From positions 1 to 33,077 of the forward strand of contig JBFGZE010000027.1 of the NCBI GenBank assembly GCA_041586955.1: DNA of 33,077 nt, in the 5' to 3' direction. Numbering within the stretch: the first letter of the stretch is position 1; each line of letters starts with the position of its first letter. The notes beneath the pieces were generated by a model. That model made no database searches, was not told the DNA's origin, and saw only the letters and a list, made by a program, of their open reading frames with translations. Below, in pieces: positions 1 to 9,612 of the stretch. A program made the translations under genes and the position numbers. Source of the stretch: Bacteriovoracaceae bacterium (GTDB lineage: Bacteria > Bdellovibrionota > Bacteriovoracia > Bacteriovoracales > Bacteriovoracaceae).

Positions 1-19
1 AAATGACCTTTCCACTGAA

Positions 20-670
20 GTGAAAAGAGTTCTGGGCCATGATCATGGTCTTGATGTTTACGATAATTTTGACTTTTCTTATATCGAAAACTTATTTTCT
101 CTGGAGGAGCTGGTTTTTTACTCCCTCTACCATGAATTATCTCATTGCTTAGATAAGTATTATTTAATAAGTAATTACAGATCATTTCCTTCTGGTCATG
201 GTGTTCACCAAGCGGAATCCTTTGCCGAGGTGAATGCCCTTTTCTTGTTGGCGCAAAGGAAAAAGCTAAGAAAGCTTGGAGTCAAAAGAGCTCTCCTTAG
301 AAAGGTTTATAGTCAGTATATGGGGCCATATTTGGCAAGTGATAATGTAAAACCTTATGTCGGAAAATTGGTCAAGCAAGGGGGAGCCGTTTATTTCCTA
401 ACTCCTGCGATTCTAGCCGCTCAAAGGGAGATCGAAAAATTTGGGAAAGATGTTGTTAATTATAATTTAGAAGATACTTTATTACTTTCAAAAGAAATTG
501 TGGAGCACCACTCGATCAAGAACAGGACTTTTTCTGCAATGGTTAAATATTTTAAGTATGGCAAGAGTCACACCATGGAATACTACCGCGAATTATCTGA
601 GCGCGAGCCGGATCTTTTTTTAGCAACTTATTATGATTTGATTTATTTGACTTCTATTTTGGAAAATTAG
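20..670 (+). CDS. Hypothetical protein with HExxH zinc-metalloprotease-like motif (probably 5'-truncated by the window edge)
   Basis: YHELSHC followed by AESFAE (possible third zinc ligand); frame open from the window start. Confidence 0.6.
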   Translation: MKRVLGHDHGLDVYDNFDFSYIENLFSLEELVFYSLYHELSHCLDKYYLISNYRSFPSGHGVHQAESFAEVNALFLLAQRKKLRKLGVKRALLRKVYSQYMGPYLASDNVKPYVGKLVKQGGAVYFLTPAILAAQREIEKFGKDVVNYNLEDTLLLSKEIVEHHSIKNRTFSAMVKYFKYGKSHTMEYYRELSEREPDLFLATYYDLIYLTSILEN

Positions 671-733
671 AGCGTCATTGAGTGTGAATCCCTACGAACT
701 ATAAATATAGGGTGCAGATCTTTTGAGAAGGCC

Positions 734-882
734 TAACTGAGAAATTCCTCTACTTCGGCCCCCATCTTCCATTCACTCACCGAAATTTTCCAAAAAAATG
801 ATCATTTTAATTTAAAAATCAGCTTTTGGAGCGGGGAAGTATTGGTCAAAAAAAGCAAATTGACGCCTCATTTATCCTATTC
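734..882 (+). repeat. ~150-bp repeat copy 1 (putative IS91-family oriIS end)
   Basis: taactgagaaattcctc...ttttggagcggggaagtattggtc...gcctcatttatcctattc followed by tttc; closely similar to the other copies. Confidence 0.95.
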
Positions 883-930
883 TTTCCTGAAAAAAGGGTA
901 TAGCAATTTATGACATCTCAATTGAGAAAG

Positions 931-962
931 AAAAAAACCTTTGGACAAGCGCCCAAAGGTTG
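931..962 (-). terminator. Intrinsic terminator of the 971-1330 gene
   Basis: aaacctttgg/ccaaaggttt stem with an A-run on the + strand (U-tract on -). Confidence 0.7.
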
Positions 963-970
963 ATTAATTT

Positions 971-1330
971 TTAGATGTGGCAAAGATGCTCTGGTGCCGT
1001 AATACGATATAAGCTAAGGCCTAGTGGCGCGTAATTATCTTGGTCAATCTCAAGAACGATCTCTTGCTCTACATGTCCATAATCATGAAAAACTTTAATA
1101 AAGACCAGCATTTCTTTCGGTTGGCCTTGATCAATTGTCACATCTTTAATTTGATTAACCCGAAGGTGATATTCTGGGCCAAAGAGAAGATCATGGCATT
1201 TTTGCTGCAGGGATTCTTCAATAAAGGTCTTAAGTGTATCGTTTGGAGTGATAATGGGGTTATAGCTCAACCCGGCAAAGGCGCTTTGGATAGTGAAGAG
1301 TAGGGATAGGGTGACCATCAGCTTTTTCAT
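971..1330 (-). CDS. Secreted hypothetical protein
   Basis: Sec signal MKKLMVTLSLLFTIQSAFA, GGAGG RBS, own terminator. Confidence 0.8.
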   Translation of the reverse strand: MKKLMVTLSLLFTIQSAFAGLSYNPIITPNDTLKTFIEESLQQKCHDLLFGPEYHLRVNQIKDVTIDQGQPKEMLVFIKVFHDYGHVEQEIVLEIDQDNYAPLGLSLYRITAPEHLCHI

Positions 1331-1533
1331 TTCTTACCTCCTGGTAATGTTTTTGATTTGTAAACATTGAATATAAAATAAAGGGGAAAATCACAATCAC
1401 AATATGAAAGCTAACATATTTCTAACAGAGATATTACGTGGAGTAGGTCCTTGTATCGCTTAGCGATATCCCATTGTCTTTAATTACAAAGAAAATGTCC
1501 TTTGCGTTGCAATCGTCCAGAACAAGGGAATTC

Positions 1534-1646
1534 ATGGAGAGAAATAAATCTAAGACCATTATTGCCTTCTTAGCTGGGCTCCTGGGCCTTCTCTATATAC
1601 TTAACCCACTGCAGGACTGATTGAATTTATTCCAGATAATATTTTT
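1534..1646 (+). pseudogene. DUF1232/YkvA-like fragment, frameshifted and truncated at repeat copy 2
   Basis: MERNKSKTIIAFLAGLLGLLYILNP then, in a shifted frame, TAGLIEFIPDNI; the expected ..IGxxDD/E continuation is replaced by the repeat. Confidence 0.65.
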
Positions 1647-1789
1647 TAACTGAGAATTTCCTCCACTTTGGACCCCATTTTCCATTCACTCACCGAAATT
1701 TTCCAAAAAAATGATCATTTTCATTTAAAAATCAGCTTTTGGAGCAGGGGAGTATTGGTCAAAAAATGTAAATTGGTGCCTGATTTCTC
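1647..1789 (+). repeat. ~150-bp repeat copy 2 (right end degenerate)
   Basis: taactgagaatttcctcc...ggagcaggggagtattggtcaaaaaatgtaaattggtgcctgatttctc. Confidence 0.95.
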
Positions 1790-1953
1790 GTCAGTTTTTA
1801 ATTATCAGCAGCAATCTTCAAGAGGAGTGGCAAGCTTGAAAAATTCTGGCATTATCGCTGTCTAAAGACATATAAATAAAACTGAGCCCTTTATTCTTGA
1901 AAGGATACATGGACAAGTCATCACAGGTGCAAAGTGTCCTATTTTGGTGAGAC

Positions 1954-2949
1954 ATGATTAAGATAGCTTTTTACCAAACCCATAAATACGAAAAAGACAA
2001 GTTTTTTGAACTTGCACAGAAGAATAATATCGAGATTATTTTTCTTGAGCCTAGATTAACTGCTCAAACAGCAATTCTTGCCAAGGACTGTAATGTCGTC
2101 TGCTCTTTTGTAAATGATCAAGTCGATATTGAAACTCTCGACATTTTAAAAAAACAGACAAATATTAAATTGCTGGCACTCAGATCAGCAGGCTTTAACC
2201 ATGTCGATATTGAACATGCCACAAAGCTGAAAATTCCTGTCGTAAGGGTTCCCTCTTATTCTCCTAGTGCAATAGCTGAACATACGGTGTGCTTACTTTT
2301 GGCCCTCAATAGAAAAGTGCATAAGGCCCACTTAAGAATTCAGTCTTTAAACTTTTCTCTGGATGGACTCGTCGGTTTTGATCTGGCCGGAAAAACGATC
2401 GGTGTCATAGGAACGGGGGCCATTGGTTCAAAATTTGTTCGAATAATGAAAGGATTCAACTGTAATGTACTTGCCTACGATTTAATAGAATCAAATCATC
2501 TTAAGGAATATTGCGATTATGTTTCTCTTGACGAATTAGTAATGAAATCAGATGTCATTTCCCTACATGCTCCTTTGACTAACGACACTCATCATATTTT
2601 GAATCAAAAACGTCTTCACCAAATGAAAAAAGGTGTCATCATCATCAATACTAGCAGAGGTGCTTTAATCGATACCAAGGCCCTCATAACAGGGCTTAAA
2701 ACGGCTCAAATAGGGGGAGCTGGGCTCGATGTTTACGAAGAAGAAGAGTCTATTTTCTTTCATGATCTATCAGATCAAGTGCTACAGGATGATGTACTGG
2801 CACGTCTAATTTCCTTCCCTAATGTTTTAATTACCTCACACCAGGCATTTTTAACCAAAGAGGCCTTATCTCAAATTGCAGACACCACCATCAACAATAT
2901 CATAGAGTATTTTTCTTCAGGAAAATTGAATAATCAAGTCCAGTTTTAG
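1954..2949 (+). CDS. ldhA: D-lactate dehydrogenase / D-2-hydroxyacid dehydrogenase
   Basis: ALRSAGFNHVD, VPSYSPSAIAEH, GVIGTGAIG, NTSRGALID, GLDVYEEE, TSHQAF motifs. Confidence 0.9.
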   Translation: MIKIAFYQTHKYEKDKFFELAQKNNIEIIFLEPRLTAQTAILAKDCNVVCSFVNDQVDIETLDILKKQTNIKLLALRSAGFNHVDIEHATKLKIPVVRVPSYSPSAIAEHTVCLLLALNRKVHKAHLRIQSLNFSLDGLVGFDLAGKTIGVIGTGAIGSKFVRIMKGFNCNVLAYDLIESNHLKEYCDYVSLDELVMKSDVISLHAPLTNDTHHILNQKRLHQMKKGVIIINTSRGALIDTKALITGLKTAQIGGAGLDVYEEEESIFFHDLSDQVLQDDVLARLISFPNVLITSHQAFLTKEALSQIADTTINNIIEYFSSGKLNNQVQF

Positions 2950-3400
2950 CAAACTTGATTTGATTAAAAGCTTTAATCAAATCTTTCCTGGTAATAATAC
3001 CAACAAGTTTTCCATTATTCACGACTGCCAATATTTCAAAGTTTTTTGTCTCTAATTTATGTCACTCGTAATTACCACCAATTTGATAACTAAACATTTT
3101 AGTCAATCCCTTATGAATTGAGGTGCAAAGGAGATCATGAAATGGAGATGGCCTTATCCCCCTATCTGTATAAAGAAAACTCAAGTTCTTCGAATGACAA
3201 TCATTATTTCCAATTAAAAGGTTAAACCAAAACCATTTTAAAAACTGTGATAAGTCTTTTAGGGGAATGGCGCTATTGGCCTTGATTAATTTTTTTTGGC
3301 AAAAAGTTTTGGCCCTCCATCTTCTTCATATTTTTTCTAGAAATTAATCCCTCCGTTTGGATTCTTATAAAAATGGTGAGATATAAATGGAGGTTTTTTT

Positions 3401-3745
3401 ATGCTTAATCCAGAAATAGAAGTATAAAAAAAGATTGAGGTTCTTGCCCATGCTCAAAAATCAGGTAATATCTCATTTTCTTGTCAATATTATGGAGTCT
3501 TAAGGCAAGTTTTCTATAAAAGGTCTTGTATCGAAGAGGTCTGGGCCCGAAATCCAGCCGAGCCGAACACCTATGGGAATTGAAGAGAAAATTATCTACC
3601 TAAGAAAAAAATACAACTTTGGCCAAGAGAGAATTTGTTGGTATCTTCTCCTTATCACAGCATAAAAAATAGCAAGAGGTGGTGTTCGACAGGTTCTTCT
3701 TAGGAATGGTCTCAATAGGCTTTCAAAAAGTAAGCGGAAAATACT
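3401..3745 (+). mobile_element. IS481-family transposase 5' remnant (pseudogene), truncated at repeat copy 3
   Basis: MLNPEIEV*KKIEVLAHAQKSGNISFSCQYYGVLRQVFYK and TPMGIEEKIIYLRKKYNFGQERICWYL...GGVRQVLLRNGLNRL (HTH region); stop and frameshifts; no DDE domain. Confidence 0.75.
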
Positions 3746-3895
3746 TAACTGAGAAATTCCTCCGCTTCGGCCCCCATTTTCCAATTACTCACCGAAGTTT
3801 CCAAAAAAAAATGATCATTTTAATTTAAAAATCAGCTTTTAGAGCAGCGGAGTATTGCTCAAAAAATGTAAATTGATGCCTCATTTATCCTATTC
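3746..3895 (+). repeat. ~150-bp repeat copy 3
   Basis: taactgagaaattcctccgcttcggccccc...gatgcctcatttatcctattc. Confidence 0.95.
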
Positions 3896-4001
3896 TTCGT
3901 TTATGCAATGAAGTGATCTTAAGTACTATCAGGAATATAACGAACCATGTAAATATCACCAAAAGAGAGACAACTTCCAATCTATTAAATAAAATCAACC
4001 T

Positions 4002-4796
4002 ATGAACAGGTTAATTAATACAATATTTATTATCTTATTGGCCTTTGGCCTATCAGCGGCCGAGCCCTCCAGTTGTTTTCAAGAGCTTAATCTATTGATT
4101 ACCCATCAAGAGATTAAGACTTATGATTATGATATTTATAGATACCGTGAGGCAGAATCATTAATAGAGCTCGAGCGACTTTATGGAGATTCCAATTTAT
4201 TTGATGTCTATTCCCGCCTTCTTGAAAATGACATTAAAAATATCAATGATCATACGCTTAATATTATTCATAAAAACCAACTTGATGACGATGGTGTCGA
4301 GTTAACTGAAGTGCAATCTATTTTTGATCGCCTTATCGATAATTATAACTATGCCACTAAAAATATTCATAAAAGTATTTGTGATAGAAATGGGTTTTGT
4401 TATGCGCGTGCCACCATGGCGCATATGATGGCCCTGAAAAGGGGAATCAAGAGTAAAAACCTGAAAAAGATTTGGGTACTAGGGCAATTAAAATCAGATA
4501 TTAATGATATTTGGAATTATCACGTCGCCTTGGTCATAAAGGGAAAAGAAGATTCCTATGTACTTGATACCAGCTTTGGCCTCAAGACACTTAGCGAATT
4601 TCATGCACATTTTCAAAAAACAGAGAATCATTATGGTAAGCGGCCCTTGTCGGTCATGACGCAAGCAAGCCGTTATCAAATTGGTCATTCAGGGAGTTAT
4701 AATAGTTTTGAACTATTTCCTCCTCCGGAGCAGGATTGGAATTTTGGTTTTTACTATCGTGCTTTTGAAGAATTGCAAGAGGGCCATAGTAAATAA
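4002..4796 (+). CDS. Secreted protein-glutamine glutaminase (deamidase) family protein
   Basis: Signal peptide; GFCYARA, KIWVLG, WNYHVAL, YVLD give a Cys-His-Asp triad pattern as in Chryseobacterium protein-glutaminase. Confidence 0.75.
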   Translation: MNRLINTIFIILLAFGLSAAEPSSCFQELNLLITHQEIKTYDYDIYRYREAESLIELERLYGDSNLFDVYSRLLENDIKNINDHTLNIIHKNQLDDDGVELTEVQSIFDRLIDNYNYATKNIHKSICDRNGFCYARATMAHMMALKRGIKSKNLKKIWVLGQLKSDINDIWNYHVALVIKGKEDSYVLDTSFGLKTLSEFHAHFQKTENHYGKRPLSVMTQASRYQIGHSGSYNSFELFPPPEQDWNFGFYYRAFEELQEGHSK

Positions 4797-4853
4797 TGAA
4801 AGCTGTGCAGATTTTTGTTGGCATTTAATACTCATCCATAAAGTCGATGGGCC

Positions 4854-5002
4854 TAACGGAGAAATTCCTCCACTTCGGCCCTCATTTTCCATTCTCTCAC
4901 CGAAATTTTCCAAAAAAATGATCATTTTCATTTTAAAATCAGCTTTTGGAGCAGGGGAGTATTGCTCAGAAAATGTAAATTGGTGCCTGGTTTTTCCTAT
5001 TC
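4854..5002 (+). repeat. ~150-bp repeat copy 4
   Basis: taacggagaaattcctccacttcggccc...ggtgcctggtttttcctattc followed by tttc. Confidence 0.95.
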
Positions 5003-5450
5003 TTTCGAAATGCCATTTGGGTATATCTTTCCATTGGTATTAGATCACAAAACTTAGAGAGAGTTACATCTATAATCATACCATCCCTATAATTGGATGA
5101 GGGCACTATGCTTGGTAGAGCAGCAGTATTAATAATAACACCATGACAATTACCACAATTATATTTAAGCCGCTTGTTGCGTTGGATATAGTAGCGTTTG
5201 GGGATAACTTCTAATTTCTCTGTCGTATCATACAGGCCAGACTCCTTCATATTGTTCCCGCAGCATGGGCACTTATTAAGTTTCACGGGAAAGATTGTAT
5301 CCTCCCTTACTTCGATATTTGGGTATAGCTCAGAAATTCGTTTTATTTGACTCTTCTCTTTCTTGTCCTTTTTTCCTTCCCTTAATTGGATAATTTACTT
5401 TCGGAACCTTTTTCTTTTTTCCTCGACGAATTTCTTCTCGCTCAATAAGA
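5003..5450 (-). mobile_element. IS66-family transposase (TnpC) remnant, truncated at repeat copy 4
   Basis: CPCCG...TEKLEVIPKRYYIQRNKRLKYNCGNC...VTLSKFCDLIPMERY matches the IS66 zinc-finger region; upstream part has stops; the ORF reads into the repeat. Confidence 0.8.
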
Positions 5451-5721
5451 ACTCTGGCAACAGTAATTAAATTTTCAAGAGAAGTGTCCAGAGAGCTTAA
5501 TGATTGGCCTAGAAAAAAGGCCTACAAGGCCTGACATTTACGATGTTGCATAAGGGGGCGTATGTTTCTGATGATTTATATTCAATACGAGTCAATGGCT
5601 TGTCTTGGCCTTATGAATTCTCAACAGAATCATAACAATAAAAAATGATTTTAGCTAAATTGTCTTTTTCTACAAATTTAATATGTTAAAATAAAAAAAA
5701 CAATCATTTAGAGGTATATAT

Positions 5722-6516
5722 ATGAAGGTTACACTTAATCTAACTAAATTGTTAAAGGAAAAAGAGATAACAAAAGAGGATTATAATCGATTTGTTGCAC
5801 TCGCAAAAAAAGACACAAATTCACATGCCTTCTCAATGTTAATTGTATTTGCCTGTATCGCAATAGCAGTTGGATTTGTTGGTGTTAATGCAGACCTTTT
5901 CTTTAGAATTATTAAATTAATTCACGATGCTATAGGTGGTCAGGGATTAAAACTTTTAGGAACTGCACTTCTTCTTTTTATAGGTAGCAAAACTAATAGT
6001 GGGTTTTTAATTGGCTTGAGCCCGTTTATGATTTTAAGTTTACTGGGAGGCTCAACATTTTATCGTCACGCTTCTTATTTTATTGCGATTAAAGAACCAG
6101 CTATTTCGATTGTTGTTTTTTCAATTCTTGCCCTTATTGGATTATTTGTTTCTAAAAAGGTTGAGTTTGATAAAGAGAGATTGGCTTTGATATTTTCTAG
6201 GGTTTGTTTAATTATCGTAAACTTGGGATTTTGGATTGGTTCACTTTGGGGAAGTAAAATAGGCTCAACTGGTAATAAAATTTCTGATACAATTCTAACT
6301 GTACTTTGGGCCATCGCTCTTCTTTTATGTGGTGCTTGGGGAGCAAAAGAGGGTAGGAAGTTTGTTGTAAACACTTGTGCGGTTTTTGGATCGATTCATT
6401 TTTATACTCAGTGGTTTGAACGGCTCGGAGCATCTCCTGGTTCATTAATGGCCGCTGGTGTAATAGCTCTTTTGCTAATTTATGGTTTAAGGTCTTATAA
6501 TCAAAAAACAACTTAG
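5722..6516 (+). CDS. Multi-pass membrane protein of unknown function
   Basis: About 8 hydrophobic segments; GAGG RBS. Confidence 0.8.
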   Translation: MKVTLNLTKLLKEKEITKEDYNRFVALAKKDTNSHAFSMLIVFACIAIAVGFVGVNADLFFRIIKLIHDAIGGQGLKLLGTALLLFIGSKTNSGFLIGLSPFMILSLLGGSTFYRHASYFIAIKEPAISIVVFSILALIGLFVSKKVEFDKERLALIFSRVCLIIVNLGFWIGSLWGSKIGSTGNKISDTILTVLWAIALLLCGAWGAKEGRKFVVNTCAVFGSIHFYTQWFERLGASPGSLMAAGVIALLLIYGLRSYNQKTT

Positions 6517-6628
6517 TATATAAGCGCGGTAAGCACTCAAAAAAGTAAATCAATCATTTTTCAGATAACTCAAAGTAAAACAGAAAATGGTGTAGAGGCC
6601 CTCTAACATTATTAACCGGTTAAAATTC

Positions 6629-6673
6629 TTATTGTTTAAGATTGTGGATGCTCACCTCGGGTAGTTCGGGCAT
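6629..6673 (-). pseudogene. 5' stub of an Fpg/Nei (MutM-like) DNA glycosylase gene
   Basis: RBS (aagagg) + MPELPEV, the conserved Fpg/Nei N-terminus; stop after 14 codons. Confidence 0.55.
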
Positions 6674-6723
6674 TTGTCTTTTAACCTCTTAAGTTGATTC
6701 AACTTTATGCTAAGGGTAAAAGC

Positions 6724-6871
6724 TAACTGAGAAATTCCTCTACTTCGGCCTCCATTTTCCATTCACTCACCAAAATTTTCCAAAAAAATTATTATTTTAA
6801 TTTAAATATCAGTTTTTGGAGAGGGGAGTATTGCTCAAAAAATGTAAATTGATGCCTCATTTATACTATTC
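6724..6871 (+). repeat. ~150-bp repeat copy 5
   Basis: taactgagaaattcctctacttcggcc...gatgcctcatttatactattc. Confidence 0.95.
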
Positions 6872-7347
6872 TTATTACCAATCGGTAGCACCATTTGCCA
6901 ATTATGTGCTCTCAACAATTCAAAAGGCGAGTTCTATCACACCCTCCCCCTAAAGAGGTGTCCAATTTGTGGGAATCCTGAATTTCCTTTCTTAGGTCTT
7001 AAAGTGGGTCTGGAGATATCAAAGGCCTTTCAAGTAAAAATATCAATTGAGCAAGCATTAAAAAATGGACAATCACTTGTTGCCAAACAAATGAAAATCT
7101 CCCGGTACACAGACAAATCGTCTCGAAATCCATAGGGAACTAGATCTTTATAGTACAGAACTTTTTATTGGGAAATAAGGCCGCGCATTTTCCAAACTCA
7201 TGGCGGTAAAGAGTGAGCAGGAACATCATGTTAGATGCTCCTATACAAACTAATAAAATTCGCAGGTGATATACGTGCATGAAAGGTGTTGAAGATATTT
7301 TTACAACTCGGGACCGCTATCCTCAAGCAAACCCGAGTTTATTTTGT

Positions 7348-7749
7348 TCATAGATTATTTGGATTCCCTCTTGAGCACCAAGATTCCCTTACCCCGACGG
7401 TGCAAGCTCTTCGCCATTTTTGCTCCCAGGATCCTGTATTTGGGTCAAAGCAAGTCACTCCATTAACCCTTACCCATTCTGAACATTCAGAGAGAAAACT
7501 ATTAGGATTTTCTGTATGGCAGACTCTTTCTTGATCACAGTCCGGCCCCATATTTCCATGACGAGTGACGGAATTATACCAACAGGCATTTTCGCATTGA
7601 CGTCTATAAATATCGGCCAAACGGCCGGCAAAGACGCAGGAAACACCACCCTGTTTTTTCCATTCAGTACACTTATATTCTGATGCAATGCCCTGAGTTC
7701 CAAACGTGAGAAATATTAAAGCAATTAGATTAATGAGATTATTCTTCAT
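7348..7749 (-). CDS. Small secreted cysteine-rich protein with an internal repeat
   Basis: Start reassigned to MKNNL (GGAGGGAGG RBS, signal peptide); CTEWKKQGGVSC / CSEWVRVNGVTC repeat. Confidence 0.75.
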   Translation of the reverse strand: MKNNLINLIALIFLTFGTQGIASEYKCTEWKKQGGVSCVFAGRLADIYRRQCENACWYNSVTRHGNMGPDCDQERVCHTENPNSFLSECSEWVRVNGVTCFDPNTGSWEQKWRRACTVGVRESWCSRGNPNNL

Positions 7750-8262
7750 TTTTGCCTCCCTCCTTAAATAAATCATGCGAAATCTATAACCCAAGGTTTT
7801 ATTTGGCAACCGATGACCCGGCGCGGGACACCCTTTTACCTCAAATTTCACCACGAGAGGAGGCTGATGACATTAACCGCTGCCTGTAAGAGGTAGCTTA
7901 AGGACTTTAAAATAATAAAGTAATGCTTTGTTTTTATAATTTTATTACAACGCAGGCCGGCCGTCCCAAAAAATTATTCTGGGCACAAAACAACTTTTTT
8001 GAGTAATACTCACCTTCCTCCCATAGAACCGATTTTCAAATTTAAATAACAATTTACTAAAAAATAATTCGGTGGTTTTAGGAAAACGGCTTGTAGTAGC
8101 AAAAATTCAAATTGATAAAGTGGAATAGGCCTAAGAAAACGGTGGAAATAAAAGCACCTATAAGGCCGGATAGTACTGATTTTATAATTGATCATCAATC
8201 AGTATAATTTTTCCTCTTACCACCAGCGTTCTCTGCACACAAAGTCCCCGCCTCTTTAATTG

Positions 8263-8300
8263 AAAAAGAACTTGGGGGAAGGGGAAACATGCCCCAAGTT
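8263..8300 (-). terminator. Intrinsic terminator of the porin gene
   Basis: aacttgggg/ccccaagtt stem, U-tract on the minus strand. Confidence 0.65.
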
Positions 8301-8317
8301 ACTTAGTTTTTAAATGA

Positions 8318-9448
8318 TTAAAATTTATAAATGAAACCGACTTCTGTGAGATTGGCCTTTGATCGCTCGGCCGTATTGTTAGTGCTGAGGTAGTAAGATT
8401 GAAACCTTTCGTGGGAAAAGTATGTGTTTAAAGAATCATGTATATTGTATTCAGCTGCAATATTTGTTTTCCTGTTTTTAACTAGGCTTCCAAAAGTATA
8501 ATCTAATATATTATTTACTTTATCTTGCCCATACCCAATCCAGGCCGATCCATTTTTAAAACTATATTTTAAAGAGGCAAAAAGGCCACTCTCTTTATAC
8601 TTTTTATCATCAGTAACACGTGAGTTTGCCAAGGTTAAAAATCCCATATCTCCCAAGTTGTGGCCTCTGAAGTATTCCGCTTTAAAATTAACGGAATCAA
8701 AGCTTAATGAGTAAAACACTTTAGAGCCTGCGACTTTAGAGTTTTTGTTAGTCGCTGTATTAAGCTCCTTTTGTTTAAGCTCTCCTGTTATATACGCCAG
8801 GCCCAGGTGATGAGACCCTGAGTTGTAATCAAACCTTAGAGTTTGCGCTGGAACACCAAGTTCAGTATCCGTAGTATTGACTGATGAGTTTTGACCCTTA
8901 TTCCCCAGGGTCAGGTAGACTTTGAAATCACCTAAAGTGTGAGTATAACCAAATTCATTGCCGATAAAACCTGAGTTACCTGACCTAAATCCCGCCCCAA
9001 CCATATTGACTGTATGTGGATTTAAGCCCGCAAAAGTAACCCATTTTTGTCCCGCAAAAAAAGATCCACCCTGGGATAATTTAAAATGAATATGAGCTTG
9101 TCTTAACCTTATATTGGCCCCAGCAGAGGGAGAGCCGTTGTTTGCAGCTCCATCAAACTCTAAAATACCTTTAAGTCTTTCTCCTTTTTTAATCTTTACT
9201 CCCCAGCGAGTTTGAGCAGACTGAATTGAATTTTGAGACTGAGTATCTTCCCCTGCAACAACGGCGACACTAGAGTTTTGATTAGAGGCCTCTGTTGGAG
9301 CTCTAAAGCCATCACTTCCAAAGGACTTAAGGCCGTTATCAGAATTTGACAACCCGGCCTTAATAAAGCCGTAAAAATTATAATCAATATTAGCAAATGT
9401 GTAGCTTGAAATATTTATAAAGATCAAAGCGGTTAGGATTTTTGTCAT
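8318..9448 (-). CDS. Outer-membrane porin, DcaP-like
   Basis: Signal peptide, FYGFIK, QTRWG, GILEFD, IRLRQAHI, AGQKWVTF, amphipathic beta strands, C-terminal Phe. Confidence 0.75.
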   Translation of the reverse strand: MTKILTALIFINISSYTFANIDYNFYGFIKAGLSNSDNGLKSFGSDGFRAPTEASNQNSSVAVVAGEDTQSQNSIQSAQTRWGVKIKKGERLKGILEFDGAANNGSPSAGANIRLRQAHIHFKLSQGGSFFAGQKWVTFAGLNPHTVNMVGAGFRSGNSGFIGNEFGYTHTLGDFKVYLTLGNKGQNSSVNTTDTELGVPAQTLRFDYNSGSHHLGLAYITGELKQKELNTATNKNSKVAGSKVFYSLSFDSVNFKAEYFRGHNLGDMGFLTLANSRVTDDKKYKESGLFASLKYSFKNGSAWIGYGQDKVNNILDYTFGSLVKNRKTNIAAEYNIHDSLNTYFSHERFQSYYLSTNNTAERSKANLTEVGFIYKF

Positions 9449-9612
9449 GTTTACCTCTAGAATAGTGTTTTAAAAAGTTTATTCTTAAAATCATATTACA
9501 TTTAGACAAGAAATAATTTGCCCGACTACATAATTTATTTAATTCAGATTTTCTTAAGTTGATTCAAGTCCTAAATTGTCCACACAATATAATTTGGGGA
9601 GAAAAGGTCCAT

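Noticed and set aside
1668..5043. ORFs 1668-1865, 3596-3784, 4681-5043 and 4713-4931
   Set aside because: They are translations through the non-coding repeat; their mutual similarity reflects the DNA repeat only.
734..6871. Integron attC sites
   Set aside because: Some copies start with RYYYAAC, but there is no matching GTTRRRY at the right end, no end-to-end palindrome, genes lie in both orientations, and there is no integrase in the window.
6955..7110. Possible IS3-like end (tgtccaatttgtggg) and an HTH-like fragment
   Set aside because: Too short and degenerate to support.
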